From: an uncultured Gammaproteobacteria bacterium
GTDB lineage: Bacteria; Pseudomonadota; Gammaproteobacteria; GCA-001735895
Direction: 5' to 3'
DNA length: 64,000 bases
NCBI GenBank assembly: GCA_913061315.1
Contig: CAJXUC010000013.1
Span: 2,764-66,763, forward strand
Shown: piece after piece, positions 48,168-57,060 of the stretch
Position numbering within the stretch: the first letter of the stretch is position 1
Layout of the letters: each line of letters begins with the position of its first letter
Position numbers and translations under genes: made by a program
The notes under the pieces: generated by a model
The model's database searches: none
What the model saw: the letters and a program-made list of their open reading frames with translations, nothing else
What the model was told of the DNA's origin: nothing

Positions 48168-49655
48168 TTAATGCTTAGTTAGCGGAAACGGATCTGAGCA
48201 TGGTGCAGTCCCAAGCCAAACAGATTTAACTTGCATAAAGTCCTTAACCGCATGGGGTCCCAGTTCACGACCATAGCCCGATAATTTGAAACCGCCAATC
48301 GGTGAGCCAGGGTCAACACTGCGATAATGGTTAATGTAAACGGTACCGGCTTGAATTTGTTGCACGATACGTTGGGCTCGTGTTTCATCCTTAGTCCAGA
48401 TACCTGCCGCTAATCCGTAGTCAGTATCATTGGCTAAACGCACAGCTTCGGCCTCGTCACTAAAACGAATAACGGCCAGCACTGGACCAAAAACTTCTTC
48501 ACGCCAGAGCGTCATGTTGGGGGTTACTTCCGTAAACACAGTGGGCTGAACATAAAACCCATTGGGACGATCTCGTGGGTATTGTTGTGCCCCACCACAA
48601 ACACAAATAGCGCCCTGATTTTTTGCATCAGCGATCATCGATAGCACTTTAAGAAGATGCATTTCATTGGCTAAAGGTGCGACTTGAGTTTTAGGATCAA
48701 ACGGATCTCCAGCTTTCAGGTAACTCACTCGTTCGATAATTTTTTTGACCACTTCATCATGAATACTGTCTTCAACAATTAGCCGTGAACCCGCAACACA
48801 GCTCTGCCCGTTCGACAGAAAAATTCCTGAGATAATGCCATTAATGGCATTGTCCATATCAGCATCAGCGAATAGCAATTGGGGTGATTTGCCACCCAGC
48901 TCTAGCGTAGCCGGTATAATGCCACTAGCTGCCGCCTCGGCTACTTTTCGGCCACCAAAATCAGAACCCGTAAAAGTCACTTTACGCGTTAAAGGATGCT
49001 TAACTAGGGGTTCACCAGCCTCTTGCCCCAACCCTGAAATAACATTTATGACACCTGCAGGAATTGAAGATTCAGCACACAATTGAGCGAATTCGAGGGT
49101 TGATGCGGAAGCATGTTCCGATGGCTTTATTACCACCGTATTACCCGCAGCGAGGGCTGGGGCAATTTTCCAGGCTAAAATCATTAACGGTGAATTCCAC
49201 GGCGTAATAACACCAATAACACCAAAGGGTGAATAATGTGCTGTACTTGAAACACCCTGCGTTTGGTTATTTAATTGCTGTGATTCGGATTCGATATCTA
49301 GCATTTGCTCTGCAAAGTACCGAAACCAAGTGTGCAATCCAGCAAATTGTGCTTCCACTTCAGATGCTCGTTTTCCATTATCTCTCACTTCGGCCTCAAC
49401 GAGTTCAGACCAGCGATGCTCAAGTACATCGGCCAACGATAAAATACAATCAACCCGTTGTTGAACCGAAAAACTTCCCCACTTTCCCTGTGTATAGGCA
49501 AGATGAGCTGCCTCTACTGCCTTAGCAACATCGACATCGTTTCCTCGCGGAAAAAAAGCCCAAACGTCACCTGTTGCAGGATCAATCGATTCAATTTCTT
49601 TACCACCATTGGGTGCACACCAACCACCATTAATAAAGTTTTTATAATGCCGCAT
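48168..49655 (-). CDS. NAD(P)-dependent aldehyde dehydrogenase
   Basis: 495 aa. It has ELGGKSP and FLSNGQSCVAGSR (catalytic Cys) and the usual ALDH N-terminus (FINGGW). Confidence 0.95.
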   Translation of the reverse strand: MRHYKNFINGGWCAPNGGKEIESIDPATGDVWAFFPRGNDVDVAKAVEAAHLAYTQGKWGSFSVQQRVDCILSLADVLEHRWSELVEAEVRDNGKRASEVEAQFAGLHTWFRYFAEQMLDIESESQQLNNQTQGVSSTAHYSPFGVIGVITPWNSPLMILAWKIAPALAAGNTVVIKPSEHASASTLEFAQLCAESSIPAGVINVISGLGQEAGEPLVKHPLTRKVTFTGSDFGGRKVAEAAASGIIPATLELGGKSPQLLFADADMDNAINGIISGIFLSNGQSCVAGSRLIVEDSIHDEVVKKIIERVSYLKAGDPFDPKTQVAPLANEMHLLKVLSMIADAKNQGAICVCGGAQQYPRDRPNGFYVQPTVFTEVTPNMTLWREEVFGPVLAVIRFSDEAEAVRLANDTDYGLAAGIWTKDETRAQRIVQQIQAGTVYINHYRSVDPGSPIGGFKLSGYGRELGPHAVKDFMQVKSVWLGTAPCSDPFPLTKH

Positions 49656-50674
49656 TAATTGATACCTTCAACAGAACAAGAAGTGGCGATGTTTGCAATC
49701 AAATCACCACGCTCAACCATGCCTCGATTACTGTGTGCGAGGATGATCCCACTAGTATTAAATTTAAGTTCAAGCGAAGGTCGTTCGGGTTCATTGACAA
49801 AATGTAACCAGCCCGCAAATTGTCCCACTACAACCTTATCGCCAATGTGAAAATGACGGTCTAATAATCCAACCGCAGGAGAAACCCAAGCTTCTGTTAG
49901 ATTAATACATTCCATTTTAGAGCAATATTGATCATCGCTGCCCGCCACAATACCCAGATGACTCAAACAGCGCATCACGGCCGTTTCAGTAAAATTAGCC
50001 ATAGACGGATCACAACCACCACCACCGCCAAGTTCAGCAGCAATCATCGAAATCTGTTGCCTTGCAGCCGCTGCACTTAACGAACGATTATCATTCTTTA
50101 TGCCCGCTACCCAGAGATAGGGCGTCGCAAAAGCCTTTGCTAACGCTAAATTGGCTTTACCTAATGAAGTATTAGAATCTACCTGCGCCAATACACAAGG
50201 AGCAAAAATTGATGCCTTGCCGCCCGTGTGTAAATCAATTACAACATCACATTCAGGTAGCAACACAGTTTCAACAAAATGAGCCATCATTTGGGTTGGA
50301 CTACCATCGGCATCACCGGGGAAAGCTCGATTCAAATTTAAGAGATCAACTGGGGATACACGACTAGATGCCTGTACAGCAGCAGCGTTGAGCGCTGGCA
50401 ATATAATCACCCTTCCATGGATGTCGTCCAGTGACAATTTCTGTATTAGACGCATAAGTGCCACTGGCCCCTCAAACTCATCACCGTGAACACCACCGGT
50501 TAACAAAATAGTTGGACCACTTCCATTGGATAGGCAAATAATTGGAACGGGATAATAACCAAGGGGTTGGCGATTATCTGACCATTTCAACTTTATGTCA
50601 CCAATCTGTCGCCCACGCTTTGACAAATCAATGTTGATTTGTACCCGACTATTGGATTGCTGTTTTGTCATCAT
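49655..50674 (-). CDS. Succinylglutamate desuccinylase/aspartoacylase-family zinc deacylase (DoeB/EutE-like)
   Basis: 339 aa. GGVHGDEFEGPVAL, NLNRAFPG and DLHTGG blocks are present. It has a TAATG overlap with the aldehyde dehydrogenase gene. Confidence 0.85.
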   Translation of the reverse strand: MMTKQQSNSRVQINIDLSKRGRQIGDIKLKWSDNRQPLGYYPVPIICLSNGSGPTILLTGGVHGDEFEGPVALMRLIQKLSLDDIHGRVIILPALNAAAVQASSRVSPVDLLNLNRAFPGDADGSPTQMMAHFVETVLLPECDVVIDLHTGGKASIFAPCVLAQVDSNTSLGKANLALAKAFATPYLWVAGIKNDNRSLSAAAARQQISMIAAELGGGGGCDPSMANFTETAVMRCLSHLGIVAGSDDQYCSKMECINLTEAWVSPAVGLLDRHFHIGDKVVVGQFAGWLHFVNEPERPSLELKFNTSGIILAHSNRGMVERGDLIANIATSCSVEGIN

Positions 50675-50834
50675 GTCGCGTCAAAAAGTGAACCTAAACT
50701 AAAGAATACAGTGGAAAACGAGAGGCGGTATAATCATAATATTTTTGTAACTGAGATTAATAATTCCACTACTCATGTGATAGGATAACTGAAAGGCTTA
50801 TTATTAACCACTTTTTAGAAAGGCTTAAATTGTT

Positions 50835-51929
50835 ATGTCATTATTAAGACCAAAATCTGGAATTCATCAGATAAAAGCACACATGCTGGCTAATGACTCG
50901 AGTGACTATCCTCCAACCAGAATCGCATTAAATTCCAACGAAAGCGCTTTTGGCCCCTGCCAGTCAGCGATCGATGCTGCTCGGGCAAGTTCCGTTAATC
51001 TAGCTCGCTATCTTGAAAACCCAGTTTCGTTGCTTGCACCATTGATTGCAAAACGGCAGGGTCTCGAGGTAGATCGAATTGCCATTGGTCATGGTTCAGA
51101 TGATTTACTGGCAAGACTGGCTCGGGTTTACCTTGGTGAGAATTCTGAGATGATACGGAGCTGTAATGGCTATTTGAAAACCCCCAATTATGCTTTTGCC
51201 AACAATGCCACTCCCGTTTCAGTGATCGACAGAGCTTTCACTACTTCCGTTGACGCGATACTTGAAGCGGTCACTGAAAAAACACGTATGGTCTATGTTG
51301 CCAACCCTGAAAATCCAGCGGGTACTTATATCAGTGGCAACGAAATTCGACGTTTACATTTAGCATTACCCAGCCATGTTGTATTAGTACTCGACTGTGC
51401 CTACGAAGAATATGTTGATGCCTCAGATTATGAGGCCGGTCACTTATTAGCCAGAGAGTCTGAGAACATTGTGGTTACGAGGACCTTCTCAAAAATATAT
51501 GGCTTGGCCGGCGCACGCGTCGGTTGGATGTACGCCAGCAAAGAAATTATCGATATGGTCACTCGTATTGGATTAACTTTTCCAGTGGCCTCTAGCTCTG
51601 TCGCAGCAGCAATGGCCGCACTCGAAGATGAAACGCATATTAATTATGTCTTCCAGACTAATAGACGATTACGCAATGCATTCTCGAAAAATATGAAAAA
51701 CCTGGGCCTCAAGGTCTATCCTAGCCAGACTAACTTCGTGTTGCTTGAATTTGAGCCTGGCGAACATTCTGCAGCCGCCTGTGCTGACCATTTAAGTCGG
51801 CAAGGTATTGCAATTCGACGCTTTGCTTCAGTCGCTTATGAAAATTGTATTCGAGTGACTATTGGTATTGAGGCTGACATGAAACGAATAGAAGCAGCAA
51901 TCACTGTTTTTTTAAACAACCACAATTAA
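50835..51929 (+). CDS. Histidinol-phosphate-aminotransferase-family (class II) PLP aminotransferase
   Basis: 364 aa. LNSNESAFGP, NPENPAGT and RTFSKIYGLAGARVGW (PLP Lys) blocks are present. Confidence 0.85.
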   Translation: MSLLRPKSGIHQIKAHMLANDSSDYPPTRIALNSNESAFGPCQSAIDAARASSVNLARYLENPVSLLAPLIAKRQGLEVDRIAIGHGSDDLLARLARVYLGENSEMIRSCNGYLKTPNYAFANNATPVSVIDRAFTTSVDAILEAVTEKTRMVYVANPENPAGTYISGNEIRRLHLALPSHVVLVLDCAYEEYVDASDYEAGHLLARESENIVVTRTFSKIYGLAGARVGWMYASKEIIDMVTRIGLTFPVASSSVAAAMAALEDETHINYVFQTNRRLRNAFSKNMKNLGLKVYPSQTNFVLLEFEPGEHSAAACADHLSRQGIAIRRFASVAYENCIRVTIGIEADMKRIEAAITVFLNNHN

Positions 51930-51939
51930 ACCTGACGGT

Positions 51940-52461
51940 ATGACTATAAACAAAGACATCAAGCATCCATCAGGTCAGGCCATCATGGAGGCACTTAAGC
52001 AGGCGCGTATTCAATTTATCGTATCGGTGCCCGATATCGTTACCAGTAATGGCTTGTTGTGGCCTATCTCAAAAGACCCTGAATTTAAGTTGGTCCGCGT
52101 TTGTAAGGAGGATGAAGGCGTTTCTATTTGCGGCGCCATGTCATACAACAAAACTCGCGCGTTGTTGTTAATGCAGCAAACGGGGTTAATGGATTCATTA
52201 AACGCCATTCGAGCCATCGGCATCGATTATCAGTTACCCATCTGCATGATGGTCGGTTTGCAGGGAAAAGAACCCCACAAGCTGTCGTCTGAATCATCAT
52301 CTTATGGTGTTCGTATTATTCAGCCAGTGCTCGATGCAATGCAAATTCCCTATCGAGTCATTGAGGAGCCTGAGGATGTTCAACACATTTCAGCCGATAT
52401 CGAAAAAGCCTATCAAACGTCCTCTACTTTTATATTTATCATTGGCAGGGCCCCGGTATGA
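51940..52461 (+). CDS. Split ThDP-dependent 2-oxoacid decarboxylase, alpha (PYR) subunit, ComD-like
   Basis: 173 aa. It is sized and patterned like the pyrimidine-binding domain (VSVPDIV..EDEGVSICGAM..LLMQQTGL). It has an ATGA overlap with the beta subunit gene. Confidence 0.78.
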   Translation: MTINKDIKHPSGQAIMEALKQARIQFIVSVPDIVTSNGLLWPISKDPEFKLVRVCKEDEGVSICGAMSYNKTRALLLMQQTGLMDSLNAIRAIGIDYQLPICMMVGLQGKEPHKLSSESSSYGVRIIQPVLDAMQIPYRVIEEPEDVQHISADIEKAYQTSSTFIFIIGRAPV

Positions 52462-53021
52462 AAAGAGATATGGCACTTGAAGTACTAAAAAAGCATGTCA
52501 CTGATGAAATCGTTGTTGCGGTATACCAAACCCTTTTCGACTGGATGGCGATCAACCCACGCGATTTAAACTATGTTGCCACTGGTGCTATGGGACAAGC
52601 ATCATCACATGGGCTGGGGCTGGCTTTGGCTAATCCTCAAAAAGAGGTTTTAGTCTTTGATGGTGACGGCAGTATCTTGATGAATTTAGGTTCACTGGTA
52701 ACCATTGCCAATGCAGAGCCCAAGAACTTGCATCATTTTATATTCGAAAACGGGGTCTATGAGGTGAATGGCGCCCACCCTATTCCTGGGCATAAAAAAG
52801 TCGATTTTGGCGCTATGGCGAAAGCTGCTGGTTATCGATTTGTAACAGTCTTTTCAGATATTGAAACCTTTGAATCGGAAGTAACTGAGTTTTTAAAGCA
52901 ACCGGGCCCAGCACTGGCAGTAATGAAAATTAAAGCCGGTGAAGCCTATCCGCGCGATTATGACTATATTCACAGCGCTTTGGCGCGTAAGCAATTCAGA
53001 CGGGCACTTCAATCGAGCTAA
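52458..53021 (+). CDS. Split ThDP-dependent 2-oxoacid decarboxylase, beta (PP) subunit, ComE-like
   Basis: 187 aa. GAMGQASSHGLGLAL and the ThDP/Mg motif FDGDGSILMNLGS..N are present. Confidence 0.78.
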   Translation: MKRDMALEVLKKHVTDEIVVAVYQTLFDWMAINPRDLNYVATGAMGQASSHGLGLALANPQKEVLVFDGDGSILMNLGSLVTIANAEPKNLHHFIFENGVYEVNGAHPIPGHKKVDFGAMAKAAGYRFVTVFSDIETFESEVTEFLKQPGPALAVMKIKAGEAYPRDYDYIHSALARKQFRRALQSS

Positions 53022-53898
53022 ATTCTGTTTCAACCATTTCAAGAAAATCTTTGGCTACGGCCGACATATTTTTTTGCCGCGACCAAATGAGTGCACCATT
53101 AAACGGAAAGTCTATTTCAAATGGCGTCTGTAAAAAATCTTCTCCCACACTAGGCAATGTTTCCATAGTTACGATAATAGAAACCCCAAGTCCTTGCGCA
53201 ACGAGCCTACAAATTGCATCAGTAGTTCGCGCTTCATATTGAAGAACTCGCGTAATGCCTCTGCTTTTAAAAACATCATCTACCTCGAACCGAAACTTCG
53301 AATCAGGTAAGTAGGATACAAAAGATTCATTTTCAAGATCTTTCACTGTAATAATTTCTTTTTTTGCGAGTCGATGCCCCTTAGGGAACACACAAACGGA
53401 ACGAGCGTTGGTCAGAGGGTGGCCTAAAGTTGTAGGATTCACCATTGTGGCTGATGCAATTCCAAAATCAAAGTTTTGGGAAATCATCCACTCGACAGCC
53501 ACATCAGTTGATTGAATCTCAAGCGACACCAGAGCATCCGGTTGTCGCTTGGCAAACTTCTGTATTAACTGGGGTGCAATCAGAGTTGAAAAGGCCGGTG
53601 TAGAAATAAGCCTGAGCTGTGCATGTTTGAACTGCTTAATAGCTAGGGCCGTCAGTTTTATCTGTTCGAGTCCAATTAACGCTCGACGCACCTCTTCAAC
53701 CAACAATAAGGCTTCAGGCGTCGCCTTAAGATTCCTACCCGTTCTGTTAAATAGTTTAAATTCAACTTCACTTTCCAAGTCTGAAATTAAACGACTTACC
53801 GCAGGCTGAGATACCCCGAGAATTCGCGCCGATTCGGTTACTGTTCCCGTCTGCACGACTGTTTTAAAGGCATCAACTTGTCTAAAAGTAATTTTCAT
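52996..53898 (-). CDS. LysR-family transcriptional regulator
   Basis: I set the start at ATG 53898 (MKITFRQVDAFKTVVQTGTVTESARILGVSQPAVSRLISDLE, a typical LysR HTH). The ORF track extends to TTG 53922. The 3' end overlaps the convergent decarboxylase beta gene by 26 nt. Confidence 0.9.
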   Translation of the reverse strand: MKITFRQVDAFKTVVQTGTVTESARILGVSQPAVSRLISDLESEVEFKLFNRTGRNLKATPEALLLVEEVRRALIGLEQIKLTALAIKQFKHAQLRLISTPAFSTLIAPQLIQKFAKRQPDALVSLEIQSTDVAVEWMISQNFDFGIASATMVNPTTLGHPLTNARSVCVFPKGHRLAKKEIITVKDLENESFVSYLPDSKFRFEVDDVFKSRGITRVLQYEARTTDAICRLVAQGLGVSIIVTMETLPSVGEDFLQTPFEIDFPFNGALIWSRQKNMSAVAKDFLEMVETEFSSIEVPV

Positions 53899-53982
53899 TA
53901 TTTCAGCTCTCAGCCAATACAAAGTAAGCTGATCGTACTAACAAAAAATGCCACATTGGCTTTGTTGCAGCATCTATAAAAA

Positions 53983-55065
53983 TCAGCATAAAGCATCTGC
54001 CTTTTCAATTTTAATTAATGCATTCAGTTTTTTTCTAAATTTCTTCGAACCGATATCAAGCTGCAAATCGAGGTTAGAACTCCTTTTCTGATTCATGCCA
54101 ATATCAACTGCCTCAAGAACAATACGATCTTCTTCAAAGGCACTCAGCGCACCTTCATTCAGTTTTTGCCGGACTACCTCGTCATAGATATTGGTATTAT
54201 AGTGTTGAAACCAATGGTAACGGCTCGAGTGCGCATCAATTGGCGTAATAAAGTGATAGGACCGCATACGGTAACTGTCTTTTGGTAGGTTGGCATTATC
54301 ACCGCCTAATCCAGTCGGAACATAAGTACCCATATTGATCGCGATAGATGGCATTGAAGCTTCGTAATGTTGTAACCGATCAACCTTGCCTTTAAACGGC
54401 AACATATCAGCATAGTAAGGGGGTGGTTCAATGTCTTGGATCCAGCGTGAAACCAATACGCCGGACAGAGTGTCTTCGATAATGAGTGGAACATCTTCAG
54501 TGCCCGCAGAGGCAAATGAACTCTTATGCACCCAAGCAACATGGGACGGGTCAAGTAGATTATCAAGCAAATATAAATAATGGCATTGACATTCAAGCAT
54601 GCCACCATCGGTTAACCCCCAATTTGGGTCATCATAATTATCTAGCTCAAGAATTTTAGATGGATCAACTTTTTCAGGATCACCCATCCAGATCCACACC
54701 AGTTTGTATTTTTCAACGGTTGGGTAGCTACGTACAATGGCATTACTTGGCACTTTGTCTTGAGTGGGGGCATTAATGCACTTGCCACTGGCATCAAACG
54801 TTAAACCATGGTAACCACATTGCACAGCATCACCAACCAGCTTACCCATCGATAAAGGCAACTTTCGATGCGGGCAAGCGTCTTCAAGCGCAACTACCTT
54901 TTGTTGGCTATCCCTATAAAATACTAGGTTATTACCCAAAATCTTAATCGACTGTAATCGACTGTCAATCTGACCACTTTGAGCAACAACATACCAAGCA
55001 TTCTGAAGAAATTCAGATTCCTGATGAATGGATTGCATTTCATATTGCGACATGATTTTTCTCAT
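53983..55065 (-). CDS. Rieske non-heme iron oxygenase, alpha subunit (VanA/phthalate-family-like)
   Basis: 360 aa. It has the Rieske motif CPHRKLPLSMG..CGYHG and the mononuclear iron motif DNLLDPSHVAWVH. No reductase or ferredoxin gene is in the window. Confidence 0.85.
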   Translation of the reverse strand: MRKIMSQYEMQSIHQESEFLQNAWYVVAQSGQIDSRLQSIKILGNNLVFYRDSQQKVVALEDACPHRKLPLSMGKLVGDAVQCGYHGLTFDASGKCINAPTQDKVPSNAIVRSYPTVEKYKLVWIWMGDPEKVDPSKILELDNYDDPNWGLTDGGMLECQCHYLYLLDNLLDPSHVAWVHKSSFASAGTEDVPLIIEDTLSGVLVSRWIQDIEPPPYYADMLPFKGKVDRLQHYEASMPSIAINMGTYVPTGLGGDNANLPKDSYRMRSYHFITPIDAHSSRYHWFQHYNTNIYDEVVRQKLNEGALSAFEEDRIVLEAVDIGMNQKRSSNLDLQLDIGSKKFRKKLNALIKIEKADALC

Positions 55066-55329
55066 CTGGCTATTTATTTATACAGGTACCCAGAGTCAGA
55101 CTGAAATAGGTATCTTAAATCAACTGTTTATCGTTTTTAAAACGTGTAAAGAGTATTTTCATGATTTCTCACAACATCAATATATAATATTTTTAAAACC
55201 TGCGCACACAATTATATTGACAAAGCTATATATTAAATTCAAACTTTAAAGCTCAATAGGGTCGAATAAATACAAAAATAAATCATAAATTAACAGGTTC
55301 TTAATAATCAATTTTTTTAGGGAGGGGTA

Positions 55330-56196
55330 GTGTCTAAAGACACTCATATCGATACAACTGACAACGATCGAAGAAAACGCCCAGCCTTATTATTTGATGT
55401 GGCAGCTTATCTTCGAACGTTACGTGAAATCAGTATTGCACTTATAACCTTTACGATCATTGCATGGTTGATCTGGCGAGGTGCATTAGCCATGGAGTAT
55501 AACTGGCAATGGTATCGTGTTAGCCCATTCTTTTATCGCATTGTTGATGATGAATTTATTTTTGGTCCTCTCTACTGGGGCTTATTAAAAACGCTTAAAC
55601 TGGCCTTTATCGCAGGCATATTGGCAATTATCATTGGTTTTATTACTGCGTTTGCTCGCATGTCAAATTCTCGTGCTGGGAGTAATATTGCGACTTTTTA
55701 CCTTGAAGCAATTCGTAATACGCCACTCATAGTCCAATTATTTTTATTCTATTTTGTATTAGCGCCCATTTTTGGTATCGATCGTTTCTGGGCTGGTGTG
55801 CTTTGTCTCGCTTTTTTTGAAGGCTCCTTTGCTGCTGAAATCATCCGCGGTGGCATTCAAGGGGTTGATCGTGGACAGTTTGAAGCTGGAGATGCCGCAG
55901 GGTTAACAACCTATAATAAGTACCGCTACATCATAGTCCCGCAATCTATGCCCTTAATTCTGCCACCTTTGACTGGGTTGCTAATTTCCTTAATTAAGCA
56001 TTCTGCTATCGTCAGCGTTATTGCGGTTTCTGAGCTGACGACGACTGGATTGAACCTAATCTCTGATACCTTTATGGCGTTTGAGGTATGGTTCATTATT
56101 GCTGGCATCTATCTTACACTGACTATTACGCTATCAATTGGCGTCGGTCAGCTAGAGAAGAAGCTTAATGTTGCAAGCTCGAGTAATAGATCCTAA
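55330..56196 (+). CDS. Polar amino acid ABC transporter permease (His/Glu/Gln/Arg/opine family)
   Basis: 288 aa with a GTG start after a strong RBS (GGGAGGGG). The EAA-loop block is FEAGDAAGLTTYNKYRYIIVPQ. Confidence 0.9.
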   Translation: MSKDTHIDTTDNDRRKRPALLFDVAAYLRTLREISIALITFTIIAWLIWRGALAMEYNWQWYRVSPFFYRIVDDEFIFGPLYWGLLKTLKLAFIAGILAIIIGFITAFARMSNSRAGSNIATFYLEAIRNTPLIVQLFLFYFVLAPIFGIDRFWAGVLCLAFFEGSFAAEIIRGGIQGVDRGQFEAGDAAGLTTYNKYRYIIVPQSMPLILPPLTGLLISLIKHSAIVSVIAVSELTTTGLNLISDTFMAFEVWFIIAGIYLTLTITLSIGVGQLEKKLNVASSSNRS

Positions 56197-56210
56197 GGAG
56201 GACAAAACTC

Positions 56211-57020
56211 ATGACTATTAGTAAAATTTTTAAAACTTTAACTCTGGCCACACTGCTGACTTTGTCAGGCAATGCGGCTGCAGACTTACTCACTGATATC
56301 CAGAAACGTGGCGTGATGAAAGTCGGGATGGCAACTTTTGTGCCCTGGGCAATGCGCGATAAAGACGGTGACTTGATTGGCTTTGAAATCGATGTTGCTA
56401 CCAAAGTTGCTGAAGACATGGGCGTTAAGGTCCAATTTGTACCGACAGCCTGGAGTGGAATTATCCCTGCGCTAATCGCAAAGAAATTCGACGTCATCAT
56501 TGGTGGTATGTCAATCACTCCTCAACGCAACTTGACAGTAAACTTCACTGAGCCCTACGCTCATTCTGGTCAACAAATGGCTGCTAGCTCCAAGTTGGCA
56601 AGTGGCTTTGATTCAATGGATGATTTTAATAAGTCTAGCGTCACCATTGCTTGTCGTCGTGGAGCAACCCCTTGTAAAGCAGCACAAAAACTTTTTCCTA
56701 AAGCAACCGTACTTCGTTTTGATGATGATGCTCAAGCATTCCAAGAAGTCGTTAACGGTAACGCCCACGGCATGATTTCAAGTGCACCCAAGCCAAGATT
56801 TTGGTCTGAAGCACATCCGGGTAAAGTATTTCTACCTTTTGGTAGTAAGAACCTAACGCGTGGAGACGAAGCTTTTGCATTGCGTAAAGGAGATCATGAC
56901 GCCCTCAACTTTTTCAGCAACTGGATAACCATTAATACCAGTAATGGCTGGCTAGACGAAACTCACGCTTATTGGTTCCAAGATCAATCTGCATGGAAGG
57001 ATATGGTCGCTCCAAAGTAA
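56211..57020 (+). CDS. Periplasmic substrate-binding protein, family 3
   Basis: 269 aa. It has a signal peptide (LTLATLLTLSGNAAA), then GFEIDVA and GGMSITPQR blocks. The RBS is AAGGAGG. Confidence 0.9.
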   Translation: MTISKIFKTLTLATLLTLSGNAAADLLTDIQKRGVMKVGMATFVPWAMRDKDGDLIGFEIDVATKVAEDMGVKVQFVPTAWSGIIPALIAKKFDVIIGGMSITPQRNLTVNFTEPYAHSGQQMAASSKLASGFDSMDDFNKSSVTIACRRGATPCKAAQKLFPKATVLRFDDDAQAFQEVVNGNAHGMISSAPKPRFWSEAHPGKVFLPFGSKNLTRGDEAFALRKGDHDALNFFSNWITINTSNGWLDETHAYWFQDQSAWKDMVAPK

Positions 57021-57060
57021 CAATTTGACAGTCAATTAGTAGGTAAAGGGCTGGGGAAAA

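Noticed and set aside
48168-50674. Calling this a bona fide ectoine degradation (doe/eut) operon
   Set aside because: Only the deacylase and aldehyde dehydrogenase classes are present. The diagnostic ectoine hydrolase and an intact transaminase are absent from the window.
50835-53021. Phosphonate (2-aminoethylphosphonate) biosynthesis cluster
   Set aside because: An aminotransferase plus a phosphonopyruvate-decarboxylase-like enzyme would fit, but the obligatory PEP mutase gene is not present in the window.
52996-53021. 26-nt convergent overlap of the LysR gene and the decarboxylase beta gene as a regulatory feature
   Set aside because: Short 3' overlaps of convergent genes are common in compact genomes. 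Nothing in the sequence such as a hairpin or motif singles this one out.
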